The notes beneath the pieces are model-generated. The model made no database searches. It saw nothing but the letters and a program-made list of their open reading frames with translations, and had not been told where the DNA came from. The translations under genes and the position numbers were made by a program. Of a stretch of 64,000 nucleotides of DNA, positions 52,376 through 64,000 are shown in pieces. The DNA is from Camelus dromedarius. Taxonomy: Eukaryota. The DNA is taken from NCBI RefSeq assembly GCF_036321535.1, contig NC_087436.1:117616001-117680000 (forward strand). The letters are read 5' to 3'. The number at the start of each line of letters is the position of its first letter. Within the stretch, counting starts at the first letter, position 1.

Positions 52376-53738
52376 TGTTAAAGAAATAAGTTTATCAGAG
52401 ATAGATGTACTAGGAGTACATAAGTACCTGAAAGGAGGAGGGAAATAGTATTTAAAACCCAAACTGTAGCCACTGCAGCCTCCCTGTATGAGGAAAATAA
52501 ATTTTCACACAGCTTTCTTCCGCCAACAGAGTTAGGGAGAGAAAAATGAGAAAGAAATTACAAAATCTCTGCCAGTGATTCTGTCTTGCTGAAATGGCCC
52601 TTTGTTTTATCAAGACATTAATGAGTCTTTGGCTTAGGTAAGCCTGGGGCAGAGGAGAAGGAAAGAGAGTTAAATCACCCTCCATAATGAAATGAACAGG
52701 ATTGAATTAAGGATAGGGTGGGGGAGGGAACCAGAACCCAGAGAAGGGGACTGGAAAGGAAAGAGTAGCTCATTGGGGAGGGTTTTTGAGTGGGAGGAGG
52801 CTGAGCTACACCACGCCCTCAGTGAGCAATGTATTTGGTGCAGTTGGTTTTTTGGGGTAAAAAGTTCAGGAGAAAGGTCTACGTTTTCTGTCTGCATCTG
52901 CAAGAAAAAAAGGAGATTATGGAGAGAGGAGACCCAAGTGAGCTCAAAATGTGAGGCTCTAAAGCCACAAGTGACCACAAGCGCATGAACTTCCTAGAAA
53001 AATTACAAAGATCTTCAGGAGGCCCTTGGGCTTCCCACAGACCATGGGATATGAGATGTTGCATTTTTATTATTATTTTATTTTACTCTTTTAACCTCAA
53101 AGGGCCAGATGACTTCAGTTGACCGTGGACTTATAACTATTTGAAACCCCACGGAACTGAGAGGGGATGTGGATTAAAAGGAAGAACAGAAGCATGGCGC
53201 ATACTACAAACTGCCACATTGGAGGTGGTACATAAATTATGTTTCACTAGTAACAATATTTCATTTGGCTAGGATCTCTTCTCTTGAAAAACTGGAGGGC
53301 ATATTGGAATTCCCGAATACATTTCTCTATAACAGCACCCTGCATACAATCGAGGTAGATGTAGGCAGCTTAGAATCATTTGGGGACTCTCATAGAAATC
53401 ATTAAATGCAACTTCTGCCTAAAAGAGAGTCTATCGCAGGTCCAGATGCCCAAGCCATGACAGAACTGTGCTGTGAGTGAGAAATAGACTTATGTTGTTG
53501 TCAGCCACTGAGATACTGTCATTGTCACTTGCTTTAGAGATGTTGGTTTTATAGCCCTTCTACCTGGGGAAAGTTGATGTAAGCAGGCATTTGCTGTATG
53601 AAGGATGCTCAATGCCTGTGTGAATGCAATGTGCCCAATGCAAGTGTGAGTTCCTGCCGGGAAGTGCGGGGAGACCAGAGTTTTCTGGGTCCGTGGCCTC
53701 ATGGATTTGCCACAACAGTACAGTAACTGGAGACCCTC

Positions 53739-54083
53739 TGTGGTAGTCCATTTTATTGTCCGTTTGTGCCCCTGCCTCCCAGGAGAGGATTATAGCTCCT
53801 TGACCTATTGATGACAACCTTGGCCAGGTGATTCCTTGTAGCCATGAAGCATGCCATGTGTTGGTTCTGGGCAGCAAATTTAAGAGCTAACATGTGGTTC
53901 CCCGTGCTCTCTTCTCCCTCTGTCATAGCAACCTGTCATGTTCTATCGTGTCATCCACCTGGGTCCCTGTAAAGTAAGATGACTTAGAGCACAGCTAACT
54001 AAGGCCTGCAGTAAGAAGTAAACCATTGCTCTTGTTGTCTATGGAGATTTGTGATTGTTTCTGCAGCATAATTAGCCTATACA
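53739..54083 (+). mobile_element. MaLR solo LTR (MLT1H/I-like)
   Basis: TGTGGTAG start, internal AGTAAACC...GAGATTT...CTGCAGCATAA..., ending in ...TACA. Confidence 0.7.
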
Positions 54084-55099
54084 CCCCATGTCCAGATATC
54101 TGCCAAACAAGACTATCACTGCATTCTTCACTTACCATCATTACAGTGCTATCTTTCAGTAAAAGGATGGAGAGGAAGGAGCTACTAGATTACACCTAGC
54201 TCTGACCAATAGAAAAGACCTGGTTGGGAGGGTTAGAGTGACAGAAGCCCTGGAAGGCTGGCCATGCCGTGGTAGAATTCACTATGCAAGAGGAGAGGAT
54301 TCGGAGAACATGTGCTTTCACTTTAGGAAATGAACCTAAAGAAATTCATCATTTTTTTTCTCGGGAGCTTTAAAGAGGTCTATGACTCTAGGGATGGGAA
54401 GTTCAAAGAATAAACCTTTGTTCCTAAGAAGAAACCTAGCTAAAGAAATCAGGGTGATGGAGCTAGAGTTCCAAAGAGCAAAGATGGGCATTTTCTGTGG
54501 TTTGAACCAGAGCCAGTCAGATCTCAGGTGACCACGTGAGGAGCTTGCCTCATTTAGAAAATTATCTTAAAACATATCCTTTTGTTGATTTCTTCTGGGA
54601 AGACAAGGGGTGTGTGTGTATGTGTGTGTGTGTGGTCTTTCTTACCATCAGCAATGGTCTTGGGAAAAGACCCTCCTTTCCAACCCCCACGGAGACTCCC
54701 ATTCTTTTTTGCTACAAATAAGTCTTCAAGAATATTAAGTCCAGGGAGGGCCGAGTGTTATGTGCACACACCTGAAAGTCCAACCTTGAGGGCAGTGATA
54801 TCTCTGAGTTAAGACTACCCTGAGACAATCAGACCTCTCTCCATCTCTCTCTGCCTCTTTCTTCCTCAGTTTAATTATCTTTGCAGACCTTCTCTGCTTC
54901 TCAGTTCACATGACCCAACACAGCCTCCCCCTGCCCCCACCTCAGCTCCTGAATTTGTATGTGTTTCTCCTCACAGCTGTTATCAATCCCAAATCCAAAT
55001 TCTGAGCATGCCCAGCTTGGGACAGACATCTACCTCTGGTCCAATCAGCTATGGCTGAGCATCCAGTGTCATAGGGTTCAAACATGGCTGTCAGTACAC

Positions 55100-56290
55100 C
55101 TCAAAAATGTTCTCCTAAGACAGTCTACCCAAGAAATAGAAATAAAAGCAAGAATAAACGAATGGGACCTAATGGAACTTACAAGCTTCTGTACAGCAAA
55201 GGACACCATAAGTAAAACAAAACGACAACCTACGGAATGAGAAAATTTTTGCAAATGAAACTGGCAAAGGCTTGATCTCCAGAATATATATAAGCAGCTC
55301 ATACGACTTAATAAGAAAAAAACAAACAACCCAATCCAAAAATGAGCTGAAGACCTAAACAAGCAATTCTCCAAGGAAGAAATACAAATGATCAATAGGC
55401 ACAAGAAAAAATGCTGAATATCACTAAATATCAGAGAAATGCAAATCAAAACTACAATGAGGTATCACCTCACACCAGTCAGAATGGCCATCATTCAAAA
55501 GTCCACAAATGACAAATGCTGGAGAGGCTGTGGAGAAAAGGGAACCCTCTTATATTGCTGGTGGGAATACAGTTTGGTGCAGCCACTGTGGAAAACAGTA
55601 TGGAGATTCCTCAAAAGACTGGGAATAGACTTACCACATGACCCAGGAATCCTGCTCCTGGGCATATATCCAGAAGGAACCCTACTTCAAAATGACACCT
55701 GCATCCCAATGTTCATAGCAGCACTATTTACAATAGCCAAAACATGGAAACAGCCTAAATGTCCATCAACAGATGATTGGATAAAGAAGATGTGGTATAT
55801 TTATACAATGGAATACTACTCAGCCATAAAAACTGACAACATAATGCCATTTGCAGCAACATGGATGCTCCTGGAGAATGTCATTCTAAGTGAAGTAAGC
55901 CAAAAAGAGAAATAGCCAGAAAGCCAGAAAGAAAAATACCATATCAGATTGCTCATATGTGGAATCTAAAAAAAAAAAAAACCATAAATACAAAACAGAA
56001 ACAGACTCATCATAGACATAGAATACAAACTTGTGGTTGCCAAGGGGGCGGGGGGTGGGAAGGGACAGACTGGGATTTCAAAATGTAAAATAGATAAACA
56101 AGATTATACTGTATAGCACAGGGAGATATATACAAGATCTTATGGTAGCTCACAGCAAAAAAGTGTGACAATGAATATATATATGTTCAAGTATAATTGA
56201 AAAATTGTGCTCTACACTGGAATTTGACACAACATTGTAAAATGACTATAACTCAATTAAAAAATAAATGAATAAAATAAAATGAAAAAA
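55100..56290 (+). mobile_element. Young 5'-truncated L1 (camelid-type): ORF2 C-terminus, 3' UTR and poly(A)
   Basis: ORF 55439-55915 ([19 protein letters not shown]...[17 protein letters not shown]...) is the L1 ORF2 cysteine-rich domain. Degenerate TSD AACATGGCTGTCAGTACAC (55081-55099) versus ACCATGGCTCTCAGGACAC (56292-56310), 16/19 match. Confidence 0.97.
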
Positions 56291-56331
56291 AACCATGGCT
56301 CTCAGGACACTGCTGGTCGGGGATTTGGGGA

Positions 56332-56837
56332 TGTATTAGTTTCCGTCATCGCTGTAACAAATTTCCACCAACACAGTGGCTTAAAACAACGCAAATTTGC
56401 TGTCTTACAGTTTTAGAGAGAAATTTCAAAGTGGGTCTCACTGGGCTAAACTCAAGGCGTGGACAGAGCTGCATTCCTTTCGGAAGGTTCTAGGGAAGAA
56501 TCCATTTCTTTGCCTTCTCCTGCCTCTAGAAGCTGCCCACATTCCTTGGCTTGTGGCCCCTTCCTCCATCTTCAATGCCAGCCATGGCAGGTTGAGTCCT
56601 GCTACAACCTATCACTCTGACACCGACTCTGTTCCTCCCTTTTCCACATTTAATCACCCTTGTGATTATAATGGGCCCACCGGGTGGTCTGGGATAATCT
56701 CCCCATCTGAAGGCCAGCTGATCGACAACCTCGATTCCACCTGTAAGCCCAGCTCTCCCTTGCCACACAACATAACCTACACCTTCCAGTGATTCCGATT
56801 TGAACATCCTTGAGGAGCTATTAGCCTGCCTACCACA
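56332..56837 (-). mobile_element. MaLR solo LTR (MLT1B/C-like), full length
   Basis: TGTATTAGTTTCC...GGCTTAAAACAAC...TCTAGAAGCTGCCCACATTCCTTGGCTTGTGGCCCC...CCTACCACA. Flanks GGGGA/GTGGA fit a 5-bp TSD with one mismatch. Confidence 0.92.
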
Positions 56838-56915
56838 GTGGATGCTTCCAACAGAAAGGAGCTGGGCAGACACCTCCTACATGTCTTCCTGGATGAACAA
56901 AGAGATTTACCTATT

Positions 56916-57399
56916 GTTTTTTTTTTCTTTTTTTATTGATTTATAATCATTTTACAATGTTGTGTCAAATTCCAGTGTTCAGCACAATTTTTCAGTCATT
57001 CATGGACAGATACACACTCATTGTCACATTTTTTTCTCTGTGAGTTATCATAACATTTTGTGTATATTTCCCTGTGCTATACAGTGTAATCTTGTTTATC
57101 TATTCTACAATTTTGAAATCCCAGTCTATCCCTTCCCACCCTCCACCCCTCTGGCAACCACAAGTCTGTATTCTCTGTCTATGAGTCTATTTCTGTCCTG
57201 TATTTATGCTTTGTTTTTGTTTGTTTGTTTGTTTGTTTTTGTTTTTGTTTTTTAGATTCCACATATGAGCGATCTCATATGGTATTTTTCTTTCTCTTTC
57301 TGGCTTACTTCACTTAGAATGACATTCTCCAGGAGCATCCATGTTGCTGCAAATGGCATTATGTTGTCAGTTTTTATGGCTGAGTAGTATTCCATTGTA
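56916..57399 (-). mobile_element. Young L1 3' end, same family as 55100-56290
   Basis: Poly(T) start; sequence is the reverse complement of ~55803-56260. Perfect 13-bp TSD AGATTTACCTATT (56903-56915 and 57400-57412). Confidence 0.97.
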
Positions 57400-58209
57400 A
57401 GATTTACCTATTCTTTTTCCATTTCTCGAACAATGTTTCTAGCCCTGCCCCTTGTAATACTCCAAGAATCTCCACAAGCAAGGAAAACAGAATCTCTGCC
57501 CTTCAAGGATTTAATCTAACAGGAGGCTTTCAGATAGCCAAAGTACCAAGATTTTCTCTGAAAGTTTCTAGCCCCTTACTACCTCTCTTAAGGAAAGCAT
57601 CCTGCTTTGCTTAACCCATCTCAGAGGACTCAACTCGCAACAATGTAATCAAAAGTTACCAAAGTTCAAGTCCTCTCTCTCCCCTCACCTCCACAGGTTT
57701 GCAAGTTGGTGCCACTTCCTCCCAGCACTCACTTCGTCCACCCCAGGAGTTTCATAAATCACTTCATAAAAACTCATTTACTGGTTTCCCAAACATAATG
57801 GTAGAAATAAACTGCTTGATACACACTGGGAAACTCTATCCAGAAAGTGCGTGCGTTGGCATGGCATCTAGGTTTCCAACCTGAATTTCCACCGCCTTTG
57901 CTTTTCTGTCAGTTATCTTCCGTAATTTGCATGGCTGAATCCGGCACTTTTTATTGAGTTGGATGGCAAATCACAGCATAAATGCTTTCACTTGCACTTT
58001 AAAAGGATTTAATAGGAAAATATTTTTCTTACATCCTGTTTCAAGGGGAAAATGTGATTTTAGGGGACATTTTATAGTTCACAACAGGATATTGAAGGGC
58101 ATTTGGTTTTGCTTAGTTTATTATGACTGTGTTTCTCCAGCATGAAGTGGTATTTTTTTGTGATTATTTAGATAAATCTGATAAAGGTAGGTAGATAGCC
58201 ATAGCATTA

Positions 58210-59130
58210 TGGAAATTTAGGACTGGAAAGGGCTTCAAGTATCATCCAGGCCATTTCCTTCATATTTCAGATGAGAAAATAAGTGACTTGTCCAAGATCA
58301 CACATGGAGTTAGTAGGAAGAATGAGGTTAGATTCTTTATCTCTCAACTGTTCAATGCCCCCAGATCAGCTTGGTGGTGGGGGTTGAGGTCGAGGGGGGA
58401 GTGGGAGGGTGGCATTTATGCAAAGAGACCCATGTGTTTCTGTACATAGATGTATTATACAAGTACTTTTGATTTGAGAATTGGGAGTGATTAGTAAGTG
58501 TGGATTCGTGTGTGCTCCATCCATCCATCCATCCATCCAGTCATTCAGTCAGATTCCAAACACATTGTCAGTGTCTACTCAATACGTGGCACTGTGTTAG
58601 GTGCTGAAAAGATAAAAACAAAGCCCAAGACCCCACCTTGGAACAGGTCAAAGACTAACAGTGCAAAATAGTATATACATAGACGATTATAATAACACGT
58701 GGTAAGCACAATAATGAAGTTTGTTGTTTTCAGATGACATCTCTGATGAATGAAATTTTGAGAAAGCTGTATGTATCCCTAGCCCGCTCTCCAGGGGCAG
58801 GAAAATATCAGCATGAATTGGAAAAGGGACTCAACTCCAGAAACAGAGCTGCAGAGAAGTGTTCTTGTGGCCGTTTCTGGCCATCTCTGGCATCCCAGCC
58901 TTGATGCGGCTTTACAGAGCAGCAACCAGGTCTTAGCCTGGCATCATGGCAGGAGCCTGGACTCTGAGTCCGACAGCCCCCACTCTCAAATCCCAGCCAC
59001 GTATCCGTAGTGAGAGCTTTATAAATTAAAATTAAAAATATCTATCCAACAGGGTTGTCGTGTTAGATCAGCTGATCCATATAAAGTGTGTCACACAGCA
59101 TCTGCCCAGAACTAGTAATAAAAACACAGC
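58210..59130. mobile_element. MIR / L2 / MIR fragments with (CCAT)n
   Basis: TTTCAGATGAGAAAAT...GTGACTTGTCCAAGATCACA; GGCACTGTGTTAGGTGCTG; CAGGGTTGTCGTG. Confidence 0.65.
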
Positions 59131-59389
59131 CATTGTGGCAATGAGGCTGTTGAGGATTAAACTTCGTGGCTGGTGGCACTGGGGCAACTGAAGGTGGCGG
59201 ATAGTCTTGAAACACTGGATGGAGCCTTGATTTGCTTTCCAGTCTCTGCATCATGCAACGGATGTGTGCCGTGCAAGGCGGAATGAAGGCTGAGACGGTA
59301 CCTCAGATCAGTGTTGGGATTAAAGGAAGCACTTAGAAAGTAATTGGACACAGTGGTTTGGGCTAGTCTCAGAGAATGTTCCTGGTAGT

Positions 59390-59710
59390 TGGAATATTTA
59401 TTCTGGAGAAGAGGAGGCTTAGGGGATGTATGGAATAAAGGTCTTCAAGTGTAAGAACCCGTGGATGGAGAGCAGCTGTTCCCGATTTCTATTTTGGACA
59501 GAATGAGAGGAAATGAGCTTACACTGAAGCAAGAGGGATTTAGGCTAAACAGCAAGAAGTATTTCCTGGATGTGGGTGTTGCTGGACTTTGGAATGAGTT
59601 ACCAAGGTGTTTAATATCAGGACAGTGTCCCTTCCTGCCATGGATTTTCACGTGTGAGGCCATTGGCTACACATAGGAATGGCTAAACTCTCAAGCTCTT
59701 TCCAGACTGA
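59390..59710 (+). mobile_element. CR1/L3 LINE 3' fragment (ORF2 C-terminus)
   Basis: ORF 59461-59676 (RMRGNELTLKQEGFRLNSKKYFL...WNELPR) matches the CR1 motif RTRGNGxKL...FRLDIRKNF...WNxLP. Confidence 0.85.
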
Positions 59711-60770
59711 GGCATCCATGTCATTAACAGAACCCTCTAACACAAGAACGTGAGTCTCGGCCAACCCCAAACCACTGTCCTCGACCTTGGCCTCCCATAA
59801 GAAACAATCGTGATGCTAGCCGGGCGATTACCTCCAGCAGGCAATCTGCCTTTGACATTCCACAAATGCCACAATCGCTGATGTGGGCTACTCCAGCGGC
59901 CGAGCGCCTCCCCTCTCTGAAATTTATTAAGAAATTCTCTGTAGGGCTTCTTTCACCAAAAGGGCATTTAATAAAGCTTGGAATTTCCTCACAACGCATT
60001 TATTCTTGCTGATATATTTTTAGGTCTCCATTATTCCTTGTCTTCACCTTTCTTTGCTTTGTAAGCATAAGGCAGGCCAGCCTAGCAGGATTCCAAAAGT
60101 TCTCAATAACCAGGAACTGGCCACACGGCTGGAGCTCTCTGCAACCCTCCATGGAAAGCCAAGTTTCTCATTGTTAATTTAGGAAGTCTTTAAGCCAGCC
60201 ACTGGTTTTAACAATTGTTCATTAAAAAGGCAGGCCCATTACAGCTCTAAGTTAAAATTTGAACATGAAAGTCTCACTGTGAGCTTCATTGTTGGAATAG
60301 TTTTGAGTTACTTCCCCCCAAAAGTAGACTGGGATGGGTTAGGTTTGTATTTTAAGAGATTTAAAGTTGAGTGGCTATAATTTGGAAGAGGGTTTTTTTT
60401 AAAGAACCTGTGTAACAATCATTCAGTAATTATCCCATATGCCCCTCTATACCACAGTGTTTTGTTGGAAATAACTACTTTATTATAATAATCCCCTAAT
60501 TTAATTTATGAAGTCCCTAATTGTAACCAAAGGACGTTCACATGTGGGATGCCCCACAGGACTCTGCCGGCGGTAACGACCGAGCCCAGCCTGGAGCTCT
60601 GTCCCCTGTTGTGGGGGGAAGAGTCATGGTTTCCGTAACTGACTTACAGAGACCAGAAAAATGTTCGCGTTGTCTTTTACTTCAGGTTTTTCCACCCACA
60701 GGGCCAACAAAGTGGGGGAGGGCAGCCGCTTCATCCACCGTCGGCCCAGCCCCTGTAGCCAAAGCGGGAC

Positions 60771-61450
60771 TGTTGCGGGAGAAGGGAGCTCCGGGGGAGG
60801 GCCGTGTCCCAAGTCTCGGGCCAGTCCCTAGGACACGCCCCCCCGAGTGAGGGCCCTTGGCGTCTCGCAGGGAAGAATTCAAGAGCGAGCTGAAGTAAAA
60901 TGTTGAAGAAAAAAAAAAAAAAAGAAGAGCGAGCTGAAGTAGAGTGAGAGTAGATGCATTCAGGGCGATGTTCCCTCCATAGACGGAGTGCAGGCCGTCA
61001 CAGGAAGCGAGAGAGGCCATGAGGCAGGGGCAGGGGCGGGTGGTTAAAGTAAAACTAGACACACACTCCACAGAGTGCGGGCCGTCTCAGAAGGAGAGAG
61101 ACCTCAGGATATGCGATTGCTGGCTTTTACGGGCTCGGTAATTTCATAGGCTGACAATTGGGAGGATTACTCCGACTATTTGGGGGAAGGGGGTGGGGAT
61201 TCCCAGGAATTGGGCCACTGCCCACTTTTTGGCCATTTATAGTCAGCCTCAAACTGTCATGGTGCCTATGGGGCGGGGGGCACGTAGCAGCTAATGTATT
61301 ACAATGAGCCTATAATGAAGCTCAAGGTCTCCTGGGAGTGGAATCTTCCACCATCTTGGGCCTAGTTGGTTCTAACCAGTTTTTGTTGTATCTTCAATGG
61401 CTGGGCCATTCTATTAATGGCTGTGCCCTGTCCCCTTCACTCCTGTCTCA
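60771..61450 (-). mobile_element. ERV1-class solo LTR, 680 bp
   Basis: TG...CA termini (TGTTGCGG...CCTGTCTCA) with a perfect 4-bp TSD GGAC (60767-60770 and 61451-61454). ERV1-LTR-like motifs AAGAATTCAAGAGCGAG and CTAATGTATTACAATGAGC. Orientation inferred from family resemblance. Confidence 0.88.
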
Positions 61451-61909
61451 GGACCTTAGCTCTCGTTCCACCTTGCTAGGTCTGTAGAGATACCTCCTCC
61501 CCTCACACATGCTTTCTGTTCTTCCCTCCCTGACTTCTTGGTCTATTGAAGCCCTGGAGGTCCCTTGGGGTCCTCCCTTTGCTTGCGTTGCTATTCATCT
61601 TTGCTTCTTCAGGACTTAAGGGAGGTCTGCTCTGCCCCACAGTGGGGGGCGGGGGGGATCGTGTAAACGACAGTCAGACCTTTCAGCTGTGCTCCCTATG
61701 TGAGCTCTGCTAACTCCTTCTCTACATCATGTCTTCCTCCTCCTCCCCCTTGAGTTGTAGTCCTTTCATTTGTCTTTGTAGATTCCACAAAATGGAGGAT
61801 GAGGGTGGAGTGGAACATCTCTTCTCTACAAGCTGATACACTGAAATTTCTGGCCTGGGTGACTAATTGCCATCAATAGAGACAAGACAATGATGATGAG
61901 ACGTTGACA

Positions 61910-62120
61910 GTGAAAGCAAATCCTTACGTATCACTTACTAGCTTACTTACTTACAAGTACTATTTTAAATGCTTTATGGATAATAAATCACACAGTTCTA
62001 TGAGGTAAGTCATCTTATCATTCTCCTGTTATAGAAAAGAAAAGCCAAGGCACGGAATGGTTAAGACACTTGGTCACACAACTAGTAAGTAAGAGAGCAG
62101 GACTGGAACCCAAGCAGCCC
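61910..62120 (-). mobile_element. MIR SINE
   Basis: CTATGAGGTAAG...AAGGCACGGAATGGTTAAGACACTTGGTCACACAACTAGTAAG...GGACTGGAACCCA. Confidence 0.75.
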
Positions 62121-63360
62121 AGCTCCACAGTCTGAAATGTCCCCCACGGAGACAGCACTCATGCTGGAAGTGCCTGTGGGCCAGACAAGCAGAAGTGCTC
62201 TGGCTTTGAGACCAGAGGTGGACTCAGACAGATTTAGGGGCCATCTCCCCACCCCCTGAGGCTCCTGCACTGGCCAGATCTCCCCACTGGGCCACCTTTC
62301 CAGCTCTGCCTCGCTGGCTGTTCTGACATCCTTTCCTTTTCTCCATTTCACTCACTGTCACCCACGCATCCTCCTGTTAAGACATTCAATCCCACCCCAG
62401 GCATCTCCAGGCTTAGTTTATACTTCCTGCCCCTGGCATTACTCCAAGTACCAAGCATTCTGCCTTGCCATTGTTCATCAGGCTTCAGGCTCCCTTTCCC
62501 ATCAGCGTCCCCCAAAGCTCGCGTTTATACATAGCATCCCTAAGAGGAATTCAGTTTAGAGTTAAAAAACAGATGTAGTTTCAGCAGCCATCTCCTTGGG
62601 AAGGAGCGTTTTCACTAGTCGGTTGCTTTCCTCCATCCTGCTCTGCCTCATCTTTGCTCCAGCTCCTGGAGCAGGAAAATGTGAGGGCCCCCCATTCGAA
62701 GAATATAATTTACATAAATAGTTTCCAGTTTTATTAAGTGAGCAGACAGCAAAAGGAAACCCACAATTAAGGAGTTTTTGCACGCATTCAGTATCTTTCC
62801 ACTGGCTGAAGTATCATCTTCCCAAATTAATGAGGTCTGGGTAGAAACTGTAGTTTCTGCTCCACTTTCAATACTTTGGGGGTTTTACCATCCTGACTGG
62901 GGCAGGCAGCTGGGGTGAAACTGGCAGGGAAGAGTTAGAGGCCAATCTGTTTTGTTAGGTTGTGTTGCCAGACTGAAATTGTCAGGCTGATACTGTCGGG
63001 ACAGATAAGAGAAGGAGACTGTGTATGCAACTAATTGTCCACCCACTGATTTCAAAGTCCATCATCCCTCTGACATTTAGCTAATGATCGGTCCATCCAC
63101 CCATTTAATACCTATATCCTACCTTGCTTGCAAAAGCTTTTTGAGACCTGGACCCAAGAACAACTAGGGGAAGCACCAGTTGGGCAGGTAGCAGGTAATG
63201 CGCAAGACAAGCTTTATTTGGACTAAAGGCCACTGTCCCCTGAGTAGCTGTGACAAGAGAGAGCACTGGCTTTCGAGTCAGACACTGCAGGTTTTGAATC
63301 CTGACTTATTAACTACCACCATTGATTAGTTCCCTCATCTCTGTTTGTTTTTTTAAACAT

Positions 63361-63510
63361 TTTTTGTTGTTGCTGCCTTTTTTTGTTTTCTTTTTTTTTC
63401 TGGGAGGGGTATTAAGTTTATTTATTTATCTTAATGGAGGTACTGGAGATTGAACCCAGGACCTCGTGCATGCTAAGCATGTGCTCTATCACTGAACTAT
63501 ACGTTCCCCC
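63361..63510 (-). mobile_element. tRNA-Ala-derived SINE (camelid Vic-1 type)
   Basis: The minus strand reads GGGGGAACGTATAGTTCAGTGATAGAGCACATGCTTAGCATGCACGAGGTCCTGGGTTCAATCTCCAGTACCTCCA (tRNA-Ala-AGC-like, A/B boxes), then an A-rich tail. Both flanks contain TTGTTTTT(TTA)AACAT, a TSD-like repeat. Confidence 0.9.
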
Positions 63511-64000
63511 TACTTCTTTGTTTTTAACATCAGAATCACACTTAGCCATTGGGGTGTTGGTGGATGACCTAGTACTGTTAATAACGGGCTCCTTATGTGA
63601 TATCTGTCACCAAGGCTGACAGCAACTATTTTATCCATTCTCTATTTTTACTGAGCACCTACGATGTGTCAGGCACTGCAGTAGCTGCAGGAACCATGAT
63701 AGTGGATGCATACAGTCCTGCCCTCATTGAAATTTCTCCAAGTACTTATGAGTGTTTTGCTCATTAAAACCCCTTTAACACAATACAAGATCAATATACA
63801 ATTTTTCTAAACCTTGAAGACCAAAGCGAGTAGAAGAAAGTGTATCAAGACCCAGAATCTCCCAGACACATGACTGCATTACAATAAAGTAACAAAAGAG
63901 GTCTTGCTGTTTGTTGCTGGTTTATAGAACAGCAGAAGTGAATACGACCTGATGTTTCAGCTTCAGGCATAACATCCCAGACATTTCTCAAACCCACAGA

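Noticed and set aside
55439..55915. 158-aa ORF as a host gene
   Set aside because: L1 ORF2 C-terminus in a 5'-truncated copy with upstream stops and frameshifts.
63435..63510. Apparent tRNA-Ala(AGC) gene
   Set aside because: Mutated stems, followed by a SINE body and A-rich tail with TSD-like flanks; it is a tRNA-derived SINE.
51000..64000. STX18-AS1 lncRNA orthologue
   Set aside because: Expected only from human synteny; no exons can be defined from sequence alone, so it is not called as a feature.
1..64000. CRISPR array, operon or other prokaryotic/viral system
   Set aside because: No repeat-spacer periodicity, dense ORFs or retroviral internal genes; the content is typical eutherian intron and intergenic DNA.

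Overview
Mammalian genomic DNA, most likely a camelid (alpaca, llama or camel), judged from a tRNA-Ala-derived Vic-1-type SINE and the young L1 copies. The only protein-coding sequence I can support is exon 1 of STX18 (syntaxin 18; minus strand, 50914-50747, 56 codons, GTGAGC donor), which lies in a CpG island. Positions 1-50746 are STX18 intron 1; I could not find exon 2 in the window. Positions from about 51000 to 64000 are upstream sequence, where human carries the head-to-head lncRNA STX18-AS1 in the direction of MSX1. The rest is typical eutherian repeats (L1, L2, MIR, CR1/L3, MaLR and ERV1 LTRs, hAT transposons) separated by repeat-poor, enhancer-like blocks. I found no evidence for a new gene system. 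The most notable structures are two L1-derived inverted repeats, one with apparently homogenised inner arms; an overlapping double hairpin; a 27-nt retro-insertion with a 17-bp TSD inside a solo LTR; two co-oriented CTCF motifs; and RFX X-box and UPRE motifs flanking exon 1. Repeat boundaries and subfamily names were assigned by eye and are approximate.
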